Shown: positions 25,309 through 38,716, counted from the stretch's first letter. The stretch is 64,000 nt of DNA from Cirrosporium novae-zelandiae (GCA_026023565.1 JAPETS010000058.1:62001-126000); one strand, 5' to 3'. Notes: generated by a model from the sequence alone, not told the origin. Program-made: numbers and translations.

Positions 25309-27378
25309 ACGTGTGTGTCCTGTGTGCGGCTCTATGCGTGGCTTGTGTGCGCTTCGGGTGCGTCAGATATTTCTCTTTTGTTCAAAGTTACCCATGGTTC
25401 CAAGCCACCAATGACATTTTCTTTTTCCTTCTACTCTATTATTGCCTAGGTCTCCCCCGCCCTCTTTTCACCCTTTCTCCATCATCCTCCTTTCCCTTAT
25501 TCCTTTTATTTCTCTCTGTGTTGACCCCTTTCCTGCCCTCCCATCGGAACCCAGAAGTGGACGCCTCAGCTTGGAACGGACCTGTCTAGTGTCCTCATCT
25601 GGGACTCGGAAGCACAAGCGCCGGGGCCGGATCCGGAGGAAGAGCCATGGGTAGACGAGGACAAGAGGGTGGTGGAATGGGAGGGAAGAATTTATAATAT
25701 TAATCGTTCAGGTTTGCTCGTCAGTGAGTCACAATGGCACGCTCTTGAAGCAGCCCAAAGCAATGGATTCTGTTACCGATTCGATCTTACAATATTAGCG
25801 ACATGTCTTCAGCCACAACTAAACAGAAGGGGTAAGCAGCTTACACATGCCCTTGATGATTAAGATTGGGGCAAAAATCATTACCAACTCCATGCTACAC
25901 AGGCTAGGTGGTCATAGACAATGAAAGAACCGTTAATTATGTTAACTACTCTATAATCAGTATAGAATAATAATAGCCGAGTTTGATGTTTGGCGGTGAG
26001 AAGTTTATGGGAATTCGGAAATGGTGTGAAAACTATAGATACACAAGACATTATCAAGGAACTAAATAGATACATGGGATGGATATACCAGAAAGTTAGT
26101 ACCTTAATTCCAATGACTGGGGCAATCTAACCGTATTATGCATATCACAGTCGCCTTCTACGCTCACGTTTTTCACAAAAACGGCCAGTTAGTTATAACT
26201 ACCATCCACCAACCGGATCAACCTCCATCATCAGATGCTGCTATAAGTGATCACTATAACTTTAATATAGTGGTCTTATTATATTTATGCATATTCTCGT
26301 TTTTTCATACACATTTCCATGCTATTCCAATCAATATTCCCATGCTAACACTAATGAACTATTGATGCCTCGTGCAATTCCCAATTATGGTCCAGCGGAG
26401 AACCAACAGACTACGCTACCCACTTTTCATTTTCCTTTTACCTTCCGTCATTCTATACCAGCGAATAATTTTACCAAGCCATTGCCAACAGGATTGCTGC
26501 GAGTCTAGCCTCTGAACATTAGCCAATATTAGGTTAGTAAATTTGCTCATATATATTTTCTTTTTTTTTGAATCCAAGTTGATTTTGCATGTTGGATTCT
26601 TTGTAGCTGGTACTGGGTTCTAATTTAGTGCTGGGTTAGTAGGAAACCCAGAATCAAGTTGTGAAGATATAGTCACGTCTTCCTACATCCGATAGAATCG
26701 AACAACGATTACATGTTGTGGTATGAAGGTCCAACAAAAGTCAAACATGGCATTTTACTAAAGTCCATCATTCTTTCAGCTAACAACACCACGACCAAAA
26801 GCTAGATATTCCAAACAGACACAGTACGCCTCCTTTTAGAGCAGGCTCCTCAGGCGCTATACTCCGTAAATCCTTACCCCTTACGACGACCACGAAGAGC
26901 TCAGGTCACCTCGACAGCCGATTATTCTAGATCCAATGGGAGAGGTTGGTTCTCTAAATTACCCTATTATTATCGATCGATTCTGCACCTCCTCGTCTCA
27001 CCTGATGTCAATGGTGTCACCGAGAATAACAATGGGGGTGGTGTGGAAACATAATGGAATGATAGCAAGGCGAAAGGAGTAGTTAGGTTAATTAAGGTGA
27101 AAACAACAACGATGCCTCTCTCCAATCCCTGAGCACCTTTTCATCGACGTAATTGCTATACATGACCGACCGAGTCCCATAATCCCGAAAATAGCACACT
27201 CTCTCTTTTTTCCTCCACCTCACAACACCCCAAATATAACAGCGTTACCACTCCCGTTTCCAGAAGAAGTCTCGCCTTCAGACTTTTTGAGTTTCCTACC
27301 CCACGCACACTTAGAAATTACATCTACATTCACTCACATCTCCTTATTAAGTTGAATTCTTATTTCTTTACTTCACCA

Positions 27379-28840
27379 TGCCTCCAAAAAGGAGTACTTC
27401 CTCTCCTTTAGCTTGTGAAGAAGCAGACGAACAACGACAGGTGCAAAATCATAATCACTGATGCGGTTCTAACTACCTGACTGCTTAGATTTCATGATAA
27501 CTCCTCGATATCGATCGATTGGACCAGCCAACTTGATTAGGGGGTCCTTTTTTTTGCGCTCCAGCTTCATTCTTATTAATCTATATTCTTCCTACACTCA
27601 ACCAATGTATACAAATGCCTATTTCCCTTAATAATTGGTTCTGTGGCATGACCACTTAACCGACTGACCCCAGGACTGGCAACTTTGGAACGATTACCAA
27701 CAGCATTCGAAAGTTTATAATGTAGTTACGCACATATTTTATGCTCAAGGACTTGGTCTCTGTGTCCCAAATGTTTACAGCTATTAGCAATCATCCATCT
27801 TTACGCGACAAGAAACGAGATTGCTCACGCAGATTTAATGATACTAATCAAAAATGGACGATTCCAAACTTTGCGGAAACGCCTCTACAATGACTATTGC
27901 GATATACCTCGAATTATCTCAGTTGTTGAAGGCCTTGAAGCAAAGCTTATGCCAAAGCTACTCCTACACATGATCGATCGTTGGTTCATTAGGAATCAAT
28001 ACGACCTAGATGATGTAGAAATGTTGAGAGCCACAGAAGAACTAGAAGCTACTCGAACAAAAATTCTGAATAGTGGAACCAACACCGCGAATAGTGGCTG
28101 AGAGAGCTTTTCGCGAGTCGATAGATCTATTAATTAGAGGACTAAACAAATCTTTCCCGTTACCCAAAAAAATCGTGCGTGGATTTAATCATTGCCCAAT
28201 ATTTGCCCCCACAAGGAGATGCTTCTGAATGACCAAGAGGCATAGAACTAACATAATTTTTTTTTTCCCTAAAACCATGACCAGTTCGAACTCCTTTTTA
28301 GAAAAGCACCAAATCAAAAGATTGAGGAGCTGTTATTCTCAATATCTCACATTTCTGCTACGGAGGAAGGACCGAAGGAACATAGGGAGACCAAAATCGG
28401 TGGTGCAGATAGTAATAATTGAATCCGGTTTTGATCAAGAAATTATACCAATTCTCTTCAATTCTAATTCATAAGCCTGAACCTTCTCATGAACAGCAGA
28501 ACCAGCAATCCCCCGAGTCTAGTTCCCTTCGTCTTTCAATCTACCGAGTCGTGATTATTAATCTTCCCTTATATCTCACCTTATTACCGTTGAATACCTA
28601 TCCCATTATAACTCTCTTTAGCTTTTCAATGAACGGCGGCAGCAATGACAAGCAATTGAATCATAGCATTGGCAAATAATAGATAAGCAATAAATAACAT
28701 CAGCAAGCCACAATAAGTAATTCCTGCACCAAGAGACCCTTTGACCTGGAAATGATGGAAAAAGTGGTATGACGTCCGAGACCTGTCTGAAGAGCTTCTA
28801 CAAAAATGCAGAGATGCGAGGTGGAGTACTGATTGAATGG
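27379..28840 (+). pseudogene. Possible decayed lineage-specific gene
   Basis: MPPKRSTSSPLACEEADEQRQ after a pyrimidine-rich leader, intron-like GTGCAA..CTGAC..TAG, broken downstream ORFs (27838-28101 etc.). Confidence 0.25.
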
Positions 28841-31249
28841 GAGTGAAGAGAATAAAGATTCCTTTGGGATTGGAGACGGAGGGGGGGAGGAGATTGTGAA
28901 GCTAATACATACTAATCCAAAGAAAATGCTGGCCAGTTAGATTAGCACCAAAAGAACTCTCCCTTCGAGGCTAAGCTTGAGTGCTGGCAGCACAGTGTGA
29001 GATGGGTATCTAATCCGTTCATGATTTCCAGCCCGTGTGGTTGAACGAATTAATCAAGGTATATTATTCCAATTGCCAATGCCCCTGTCACCTATATATA
29101 TATCGCTAACATAATAATATACAGAAAGACCTGAAAAGAGCTATAAGTTTGGGACCTGAAGGCTACTTGTATTTAATTCCTAATAAATGTCAAAAATTCT
29201 ACCTCCAAGGGGGCCAGCATGTTGTAGCTTGTATGGCTTAACCGTTCCTTTCTCTATACGACTTGGGATGCTTATGCCTGCGACGTATTTCCCCTATATG
29301 CCGAAGCTCTCGTCGTTGTCGTCGAGAAAGCGACAGAAGCTGAAAAAAGGGGCTTGGAGAGAAAGAAAAGGCAGGCGATTTATATATCCCTGTACAGCCA
29401 GCCCACTCATAAACCCTGGAAATCGATTAAATAGTATAGCTACTGATATGGTTGATAAGAGAAGTATCAGCTCCCTCAAACATCCTGAGATATATTTTTC
29501 ATCAGTAATTTTACCCTTCAAATTAAAGATCTCTCAATCACATAGTCTATAATTTTCACCTCTACCTCCTATCATCTTTTTGTCCGTACATGTACCTGTA
29601 CAACAACAAAATCCAAAATCCCAAAACGCCAATCCTACATCCCACTCACCCACCTTTTCCAAATTATTGTTTTTTTCTTTTCATTCCTTTCGTGCGTCAT
29701 GTCATGTCGTATATAATAAACCCCACAACAATAACAACAACAACCAAAGTTAGATTAGATGGTTTAATTAGTTCCTTCAGGTAGACTATTAATAACTAAA
29801 TGCAAATAATTTAAACCTATCTATTTACCTTTAAAAAGGGGAATGATGGATAAGATTGAAGCTGAATGCTTGTATGCCACTGCTGGTGAGGTTCGGACAC
29901 CTGCACCTTGCATGGTTGAAAATACACCACCACTATAGATAGTAAAGCCGCCCCCGGCAAGATCCTTGATTGATATGTTGTTGTGTTGTGTAGTTAACTA
30001 TTAATTTAACCAATAAAAGTTTTGTTCAATCATACTATATCGACGATATAGATTAACCAAACATAAAGTCCCTTAGCCTAGGTTGATCTGATAGAATCCG
30101 GAAGAACCTGCAGCCAACACGCTCAGCTGAAAACGTTCGCACCCTTCACCTATGTTCACAGTGATATTTTTTTTTTTCATGCAATCATATAAAATGTAAT
30201 GAGAATCTAGTTAGGAGCAAAGAGAAACTATATATCATGACCAGAGTGTATATATATTTTAGAATGTGAAGCTAATCGTAGAGAGTGTTTCATTATATCA
30301 AACCATAATGATTATTTGCTAATATATATAGAGCTCTGGAAACGTCGTCTCAAATTTCGTTTTCAAGCTACTGCAGTTAGTTGCCCTTTTGTCATAACGC
30401 TTGTGGTTGTCTTCAAATGGTTACATACTGGGTATTGGTTACTCAAACTTATCAGGTTCAAGATGAGGGCTACTGCTACTGCTACTGCTCTTAAAAAAAT
30501 GTAAAGTGACCTTAAATAGATGGTCAATTGAATGGAAAGAAAGCGGCGGCGAAATTATAACAAAGCTCGAGTATGAAAGACATCTTTGCATGAGAGGACG
30601 AGGCACCAAAGTGGCAGGGAAGCAAAATGGTATACCTTTTGTTCTTGATAGTGTATCTGCTCGTTGAAATTCCCGTCACACGTGTCGTGATAGGCTACCA
30701 CTCACTTATTTCCATCTGCAATTTGAGACTGGACTCGGAATCAGCTGGTCACATTGCACTATTGATAATGCAGATACTTTTTGGCCTAGTCCTTCCTTCC
30801 GGTCGTCTTGATTGCTTGACCCATCTTAACTACATGGACAGTCATTGCAAGCGCGCTCTCAGGATCTTATAATCGCATACAACAATCTCTATGGAAGTCC
30901 ACAGGTAAGGCTAAGGCTAAGAAAGTCATTGCGGTGTGGGAAGAGCCCAAGTTCGATGGAGATGAAAGCCACGACAAAAAAGACGAGGATGGTCATGAGG
31001 TCAGGAATGGATTGAGGGAGAAAGAGCTAGCTCCTCAAGAAAAGGCGGAAAATGAAGTGCGCGAGGCTCATCACTCGGAAAGAGAAGAGCGCTTAATAAA
31101 GAAGATTTCGGTATTTCTCAACCCTCCAGAATTGTTGTCCCTCATAAACAACGATTCCCATGATCATGACCATCCAAAGCCAGATGGAGAGAAAAATTCC
31201 CTTCCAGGGTCAAAACCCTAAAACCAAAATCACCACAAAACGCACTTAT

Positions 31250-32600
31250 TTTGTACTGTATAAAATCCTTAGGGCGAGTTGCAAGCAAGCAAGTAGGTAG
31301 GTAGGCAAGGATAGGGGCTTTATTATTATCAGGGGATGTATGTATGTATTGGGAAAAGAAAAAAGGAAACGGAAATGGAAATTAGAGGTTAAGGAAGTGG
31401 ATAAGCTAGCTAGCTAGCTGGGTAGAGAAGAAGAAAAAAAGAGAGAGAAAAAGAGAGAGAAAAAGTGAAAGAGAGAAAAGAGGGGGGTCGTATTATATAT
31501 AGTGCTACATCCACCCCTTACTACACCATTTATACTTTTTATAATCTATAACCAACTCCCTAGACTATACCAATCCATATAATCCATCTCCATACCCCTT
31601 GAACCCCCTCCTCCTCCTCCTCCTCTTCTTCTTCTTTCCTACCAGAGTTTTGAATGAGTGAGTCTTGTCTTCTAGGGGTTGGGTTTGGTTGGGGGGTGAA
31701 GATATATGGGGATATAGGGATATGAGGATATATAATTAATTAAACTGGTTAAACTGGTTAAACTGATCCATAGTATATGGTATAGTATAGTATAGGATAA
31801 ATAAAATACCATGTAGAAAGGAAGGAATGAGGTTGGAGTTCCCCCCATTCTGAGGCCTGAGACCTGAAGTCTGTGTAACGAAAGTCATGAGCATACATAG
31901 ATATGCCAGTTCGTTTGAAAGAAAAGAAAAAGAAAAAAATGTCAGGAGTTGAGGTGCGTAGCTAGATATGTATATGGTATGCGCAGGTGGGGTACTTTGG
32001 TACTTACTTACTACGTAGGGTGGATAGTGGATAGATAGATAGATGGAAATAACCCGGTGTTGTGTTAATTGTATTATGTTAGGGGATATTTATAATATAT
32101 AACACTTAGGCTGCTGTGGTGTAACACACAACACACAACATATAGTCTATACCAGTTGTTTGGTTGTTGGATTTTTTTCAATCGTATATTCAGGATGCAT
32201 AATGAACTTACTCACTCCCAGCCTTCTTCCTCTCCAAAAGTATATATATGGGATTTCACCTAGTATTTAGTATCTGCTTACCTATTAAACTATTAGATAG
32301 ATATCTTTCCCCCCCTTCCTCCCTCTCCCCTCCCTTCCCCCTTCGGAGGAGATTCTAAAAGCCTCTAAAGAAGTTCATGAGTCGCGGGTTATCGGGTTTT
32401 AAAGTAGGAAACATATATAGATAATATATAAATATAGACTATATATGCCAATCTGTTTGAGAAAAAAAACAACAAGCGAGGGACTTTTCAATCGCATATT
32501 CGGGATGCATAACAGGACTACCACTACTCTCCCCAGCCTTCTTCTCTAAAAGGATATATATATATTTCTTTAATTATTACTTATAGTAGGAATAATTGGC
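31250..32600. repeat. Microsatellite/low-complexity tract containing a ~75-bp diverged direct duplication (32175-32249 and 32485-32564)
   Basis: (GCAA)n, (AGGT)n, (GCTA)n, (CTC)n, (TTAAACTGG)x3, (GATA)n visible. Confidence 0.8.
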
Positions 32601-32914
32601 AATGTCGCATTGATAAAACAAAATTCATAACATTTGAAAAGCAAAGCAGATATCGACCAACCGACCCCCCTTTGTATCATAGCATTATGCACGTGCATAA
32701 CTACACAATCCAAAAAGAACCCAGGGCATCATCAATCAGCATGGCGGTTTGTATAATACAACATACACATATACCATCGCTTGAACGCAGCACATGTAAA
32801 AAAAAAACACCATTCACCATAATAATCTAACATAGGACCGTAATAAAAAAACACCAAGTTTGAAGAAAATATCTCAAAAATGGGAAAATGTCATCATGCG
32901 CATTTTTGCTTATT

Positions 32915-34033
32915 TTACCGATCGTAATTCGCTTCGGGGAAGTCGACACGGCCTGGTCTTCCTGCCTGGCTACTCGCGATGTCATTTTGGAAAGGATCTG
33001 GTGATGGATTGGGGGAATGTCTTCCGTAGGCTCCATAGCTGGTTTCACTTTCAGCACCGAGTTTGGGGGACTGGCTTCCAAAGGCGCCGCCATAGCTTGT
33101 ATCGCTCTCGAACCCATCTCCCATCACTGGACGATCTAACGTGGTGGAGTAGTTGTTGCTGCTGTATCCACCGCCGTCCAAAGTAGAATGGCTTTCATTA
33201 TGAATATCATCAGCGTCAGCATTGTGTAAAAGCGTGTAGTCATCATCGTTGCCAGCTTCAACATCATCATCATGTGGGTTGGCATTGAATGCATAGCTAG
33301 TCTGGGCATCAATAGCGGAATGATCGGTTGCCGCGCCAGGGAGGGTACCATTCCGACGGTAATATGCAAGGCCGTAAACAGAAATTATTGTTGTACCGAT
33401 AAATAAAAGACTGGAGATGTTAGCTTCTGATATGCGACAGCAACTGCGCAACTATCGAGGACTGTGCTTACAATATCCCAACGCCTAATCCAACTGAGGC
33501 TTCCGCGACTTTGCATTTCGCTTCCGAACCATATCCAAAGTTTGCACAACCAGTTTTCTTGGTGGCTCTGATGAACAGCCTGGAGCTGGAACTCGATGAA
33601 CTTGAACTCGAACTTGAACTCGAACTCGAGCTCGATGACGATGATCCCTTGCTTTTTCCGGCAGCGATCCAAGATGATTCTGCGATAAACGCCGCGAACC
33701 ACAAAACCGCGAATAAGCCGTCTACAGTGGCGAATGCATAAGCGTTCCCAAACTTGCGGGATCGCGGGAACATGGGAACCATGGCAAGGTAGATTAAGGC
33801 GGGTATGCTAGCCCAGCACTACGGCCCAGTCAGCGCTATACTTGATGAATAGGTCAAAGGACGTCGAGTTGAATGAGACCTACCACGGCAAAGTAATAGC
33901 CCACTCTACCATCTGAAGAGCCTGACTTGGTGAGGACGGCGATGGTCAAAATCCAGGCTAGGAATATGATGATGAACTGAGAGAGATGCAGCCATTTTTT
34001 GATGACCTGTAACTTTTCTGTCGGTATATACAT
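32915..34033 (-). CDS. MARVEL-like four-TM membrane protein with poly-Ser loop (exons 34033-33884, 33818-33472, 33410-32915)
   Basis: Four hydrophobic helices, YLAMVPMFPRSRKFGNAYA, DGLFAVLWFAAF, GC..C loop, C-terminal RVDFPEANY; two canonical introns. Confidence 0.8.
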
Positions 34034-34736
34034 GGTTGTTGATGTTGCTCGAATCGCTCCAATGTTTATCGTCGAGTATGGGGAGTTGAGATGGTTTCAG
34101 GTAACGTTAAAGAGTAAGATTGGCTCAAAGAGATTTTGAACCAACAGTTCGATACTTGATAAAGATATATATTCAAGTACTGAATATGATGACGATAGCA
34201 AAGGAGCGACAAATAAGATGGATGGGGTTAAATGTTAAGAGTACAGGAAGTAGAGGAAAGTGAAAAATAGTAGGTGCCTTGGCCAGAAAGGCAATTCACG
34301 TCACAGCCTTGTGCCTTTTGTTGATGAGCCTCGCAACAGCTTACGACTAAGCCCGCAGCAAAACAAGTCGCCTAACCAAGGGACCCCTGGTACCTACACC
34401 TTGTTGCTTTTTGGCTTCAAGGCACACACCAGCGATTAATTCATAGACTATACATCATATACATACTATTACAGGTTACTATTTCACTAATTCCACCCAA
34501 CCTGCCCACCAACAACTAATATACATTTCAAAGCCACAGCTACCTTCAGCTGCTCTTGGAGCTTGTGTCTGGGATATAACATAGGAGAAGACAAGACATG
34601 TCCCTAGATAAAGACAAACAACTCCTCCACCCCATCCGAATACGAAATATACTTCTTGAAAAACTGCCAAAGGACCGACGTCAATTTACTCTCGCTGCCA
34701 ACAGAGGTTCAGGTCATTATTCATCATGAGAGAACT

Positions 34737-36251
34737 TCAATCACAAAATTCCGTCTGCCTGACATTGATCTTGGTCCACCTTTTAGGATCAAATGTGCTT
34801 CCGATAAATTTCCCTGGCCAGTATATGTGATATAATACCCACCATGGCAGCGGATCCCATACTTCGAATGTGCCGTCTTTCCACAGCAAAACATGCTTCA
34901 GAAAGGATATGCTGCCCTGGGTAAATTCTTCGGGTGGTATCATACCCCTCAATAATCTAGATAGAGGATGCAGAACGAGGGTAACCAAGTCATTTCCAAT
35001 CCAATAATACTTTCTCGGATTTTCTGGCATAATCTTGTCGATTATACGACCTTTGGAAAACCCATTCACCTGCGGAAGCAGAATTTCGAGATAGGCTCTC
35101 ACCATCTGCTGCCCTTGGTCGTGCAATAACATCACCGCCGTATGCACTGTTGGATTACATCCGATCGGGAAAATTTTCGTTTCAACTCCTGCTTCCGTAG
35201 CCTGTTCATCTACTACAAAGTCAAATGAAAGATGTCCCGTCATTGATCCCACCATTGATAGTCCGCTGCGATCAGCAAATTCTTGTGTAAATTTCAGCAT
35301 AGCGCTCTTGAGGGCAGATTTCTGGGGCAATGCCTTATAGTGCATTGGAAATTTAGAAGATGGGCAAGCAACAAATGCTTTAACCTCTCCCCTAATAATC
35401 AATGCATGTGTGCAGTATTGTTCCCCTTCAATGACCTGTTGTAGAATCCATGGTTTTTCCTTGGTAACTTCGAGCTTAGAAACATAATCGTAGGTCCTAC
35501 TTAAGGTGTCCCTTGGGAGTATTGTCACGTTTCCACCCAAAGCATCATCATCACCCAAGGTGTTCATAACATAACGTTTGCCGTTCGCTCTGTTCAAAGT
35601 GTGATGAACCGCATTACGAGATGTGACTTTGCGGGCTTCTAGAACAGGAAAACCTAGCTCGGCTGTATATCGAAGGAACGAGTCCTTATGGCATAGAGTG
35701 GCGGTGGTATTTAGGTCGTGCTGTAGTGCCTTGCAGTCCGTCAAGTTTTCGATTTTCTCTTTTGCTTGAGCATCCTCCATCGCAGTAGCAACTCCAGAAC
35801 AGCTAATCCAAAGATCCACCCCTTCTATTTGGACGATAGCAATCAAAGAACTAATGTAGTTGTCGGTAGGGTCTCTGGGTAAACGATAAAATTTGCCAAG
35901 GGCCCTAGAAAATCGGCCGCAGACGGGTATGCCATATGGCTCAAAGTCGGCGCCAATCACTCGATGACCAGCAGAATGAAACTCTCGGGCAAGCATGAGT
36001 CCCTCGGGCGTTCCAACTCCTGTCACCAATACCGTTCTCCTTTGAGTATTCTGTGAGGAGGATTGCTGTAACAGCCATAAAGCCAGGGAGATTGTATATC
36101 GAAAGGCCAGGGCATATGCTAAAATAAAGGTATCGATTGGAAGGAAAAATAATGAAAGACTGATAAGGGCGACATTTCGCCGCAAATGGTGTTGCCAGTC
36201 GTCTTCCATTGTGAGGATTAACTGACTAAAGTGATTAATGTGGGTAGACAT
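34737..36251 (-). CDS. MysC-like ATP-grasp protein (mycosporine-glycine ligase family), degenerate motifs; alternative start 36209
   Basis: TVLVTGVG..AGHRVIGADFE..GRFSRAL, WILQQ..G.QYCTH, TGHLSFDF, CNP.VHTA, YYWIGNDL, WKDGTFEVWDPLPWWVLYHIYWP. Confidence 0.8.
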   Translation of the reverse strand: MSTHINHFSQLILTMEDDWQHHLRRNVALISLSLFFLPIDTFILAYALAFRYTISLALWLLQQSSSQNTQRRTVLVTGVGTPEGLMLAREFHSAGHRVIGADFEPYGIPVCGRFSRALGKFYRLPRDPTDNYISSLIAIVQIEGVDLWISCSGVATAMEDAQAKEKIENLTDCKALQHDLNTTATLCHKDSFLRYTAELGFPVLEARKVTSRNAVHHTLNRANGKRYVMNTLGDDDALGGNVTILPRDTLSRTYDYVSKLEVTKEKPWILQQVIEGEQYCTHALIIRGEVKAFVACPSSKFPMHYKALPQKSALKSAMLKFTQEFADRSGLSMVGSMTGHLSFDFVVDEQATEAGVETKIFPIGCNPTVHTAVMLLHDQGQQMVRAYLEILLPQVNGFSKGRIIDKIMPENPRKYYWIGNDLVTLVLHPLSRLLRGMIPPEEFTQGSISFLKHVLLWKDGTFEVWDPLPWWVLYHIYWPGKFIGSTFDPKRWTKINVRQTEFCD

Positions 36252-38716
36252 AAGCTATAAGCAATGAAGCGATGACATGAATTAAATAATCAATAATGAA
36301 GCTTAAGGCTGTTAAAATATGAACATGACTACGAATGGCACCGTATAAATAAGAAGGAGAAGAAGTGAAAAGGTTCGAGGAAGGAGTTAGGATAGCATTC
36401 CCAACTGGGGAAGTTAGAGCTTCTTTCACCGAAAAGTGCTATCGATTAATTATTACAAGGAGTTAGTTGGTCTGCGCACTGTGAAAGAAGGCGAACTTGC
36501 ATCTCCAAAGATTAATGGCGTCACAGGTCATGAGGGACCAGGTGGGTGAACAACGTTCAGAGTTGGGTTCTGGGAAGTTGTACAACACCACAAAACAATA
36601 TCTTCCCCTCGTATCCCTTTCGAACATCTGTTCAACTCGTCAAGTTTGAACCCTTCAAGTTTGTTCAAAGCTTGAAGGAAAAGAAGACGTTTTCAGTTGC
36701 CATTGGTAAGCTAAAGCAACCTAAATGATCTACAACAAGGATTTCTGAATACCGAGGTACCTAGATACTAACTGGGCGACTACCACAGTATGTGGAACTC
36801 TTCAGCCTCAACTTTGTCGTTTTACATATTTCACCGCCTCCGTGATATTCATCTGTTATAACTATCTGTGTTCTGGCACCACTGAGGAACCCGCTAACAC
36901 GATTCGCATCCTTTTCTTGAGCATGTCCCCCCTCCCCCCCCCCCTATTTATATATTTATCCTTCAATCATTCACCAGTTTCCTCTAAAGCTGTGACTTGC
37001 TTGCTGGTGTTCTCCACGTGTTAATGTCACTAGCATCATGTACCCCTCGATTTTCATTGTTGAGTAGTCGGAAGACTCCTTCTTTGGTGATAAGTGCGTG
37101 CATCGGAGGCCAACTTTAGTCTATCAGATGCGCCCGACAAGATCTCTGACATGTGAAAGCTTACGTTTTGCCCATAAGAGAAATTACCTACATATATTTA
37201 ACGAAGATTATCTTCCTACTCGAGTACCATCCCTCATACTTCTTCTCATTCGCTTATTATTTCTTTCATCTTACATTCTGCCCAATTCTGAAAAGAATTT
37301 TGAGCTAGGTTGATCTCAATCGTCCTATCTAGGAGCGCCAGCTAAAACCAAGTCTGGCAATCCAAGTCTCGTTTCAATGCCCAAGTTTCAGATACATCTT
37401 TCTGTACTATTTGCCTTCCCAGGCTTAGCCCAATCAACAAAGTCACCAGTGTGAAATGGAAAAGTATAATCGACTACCTACTCTCGTCACCTATGGCATG
37501 TCTTAAATTCTTTTGTCTAGAACGTCAGGTTTTGGTGTAAGAATGATGCTTTGTGGAAATGAAGGGCATCCTAACTTGAAGACTGGGTAAACAAAGGCGT
37601 CGGTAGTCAGGAGGGTTGTACCTGTGCTTACCCCCGCCCCCCGCCCCCCGTCAAGGAGTTTGGATTTATTTGCCTGAGGCCTGAACTGGCTACTAAGGAA
37701 ATGTAGACTGCCTACAGACAACTAAGAACGAAGACAAGTTGATATTGCCTCCATCTAGAGCGAGGAACTCAGTCGACCTGCACTTGCTCAATCTAGCCCA
37801 AATAAATTATCAGATCAATACAAGTTCTAGGGACTACAGCTCTGGTTATGTTGTACTTATATAAAATCCCCAGATGATAAAGATGAAGATGAAGAGGCCA
37901 GAATATTTCCTGGATGTTAATACGTCCAACGAGATCCACAAGCTTTAAAGATGGACCAATACAAGGAGTTGTAGATTGGGAGAAACCAAAGGAAACCTAG
38001 GATAGTGGAGGAAGAAAAAGCTTAACTCCGATAAATGAAATGGAATGACTTGCACATATTCTTAGCTTTGAGCCCTTCATTAACGTTGTTTTTAATGTTC
38101 GTTAGAATGCTTAGTGGGGTATTCAGGAAGTTGTCCGGTAAGGTCATTAGGCTATATAAATGTCACGGTTCCCGGTTAATGACGTTGAAATCTACCTCGA
38201 TTAGCGATAATTGCATCTTTACTATGTAAATCTCTAACCATGTAATTTTCTTGCAAGCCAAGCCCAAGGGTGGGGCCAAAGAAGTAATACTAGTGTAGCT
38301 AGATTTATTCCATTTTACCAAAGGACCTCCCCAGAATTTGAAGACCAAAAATTGGGGTTCATCCAAAATTGATTTAAATCAGAAACTCGATTTTTGGAAA
38401 GCCTCCTCAAGGTGTATTGGTAAATTTCGTTGTTTTTGAAATGTATATACTATGAGTCTAATTTCGTCAGAGTTACTATTCACGATCAATCTAGCAAGTA
38501 GAAATGTTTGTTAGTTGGGATCGTATTCGTATCCGTATCGGCTTACCCTTCCAAACGTTTAGGGAAACTAGAGTTACCCTCGTGTATAACACTTTACCAG
38601 AGAAAGTTTTAAATTTCAACCCATAAATACTTGCTACACCCAGAATCGTAATCCAGAGCATTTTGCCATCTCCATCTCAATTGAAGCAACGGCAAACCTT
38701 CTAAAAGTCTTCTAAA

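Noticed and set aside
22400..29500. Transposon or endogenous viral element
   Set aside because: No LTR/TIR pair or RT, integrase, transposase or capsid motif could be recognised by eye
30997..31077. Possible C/D snoRNA on the minus strand (GTGATGA..CTGA); also a U5 loop-like CCGCCTTTTC
   Set aside because: No proper terminal stem, no rRNA-complementary guide recognised, and the U5 loop consensus GCCUUUUAC is not matched
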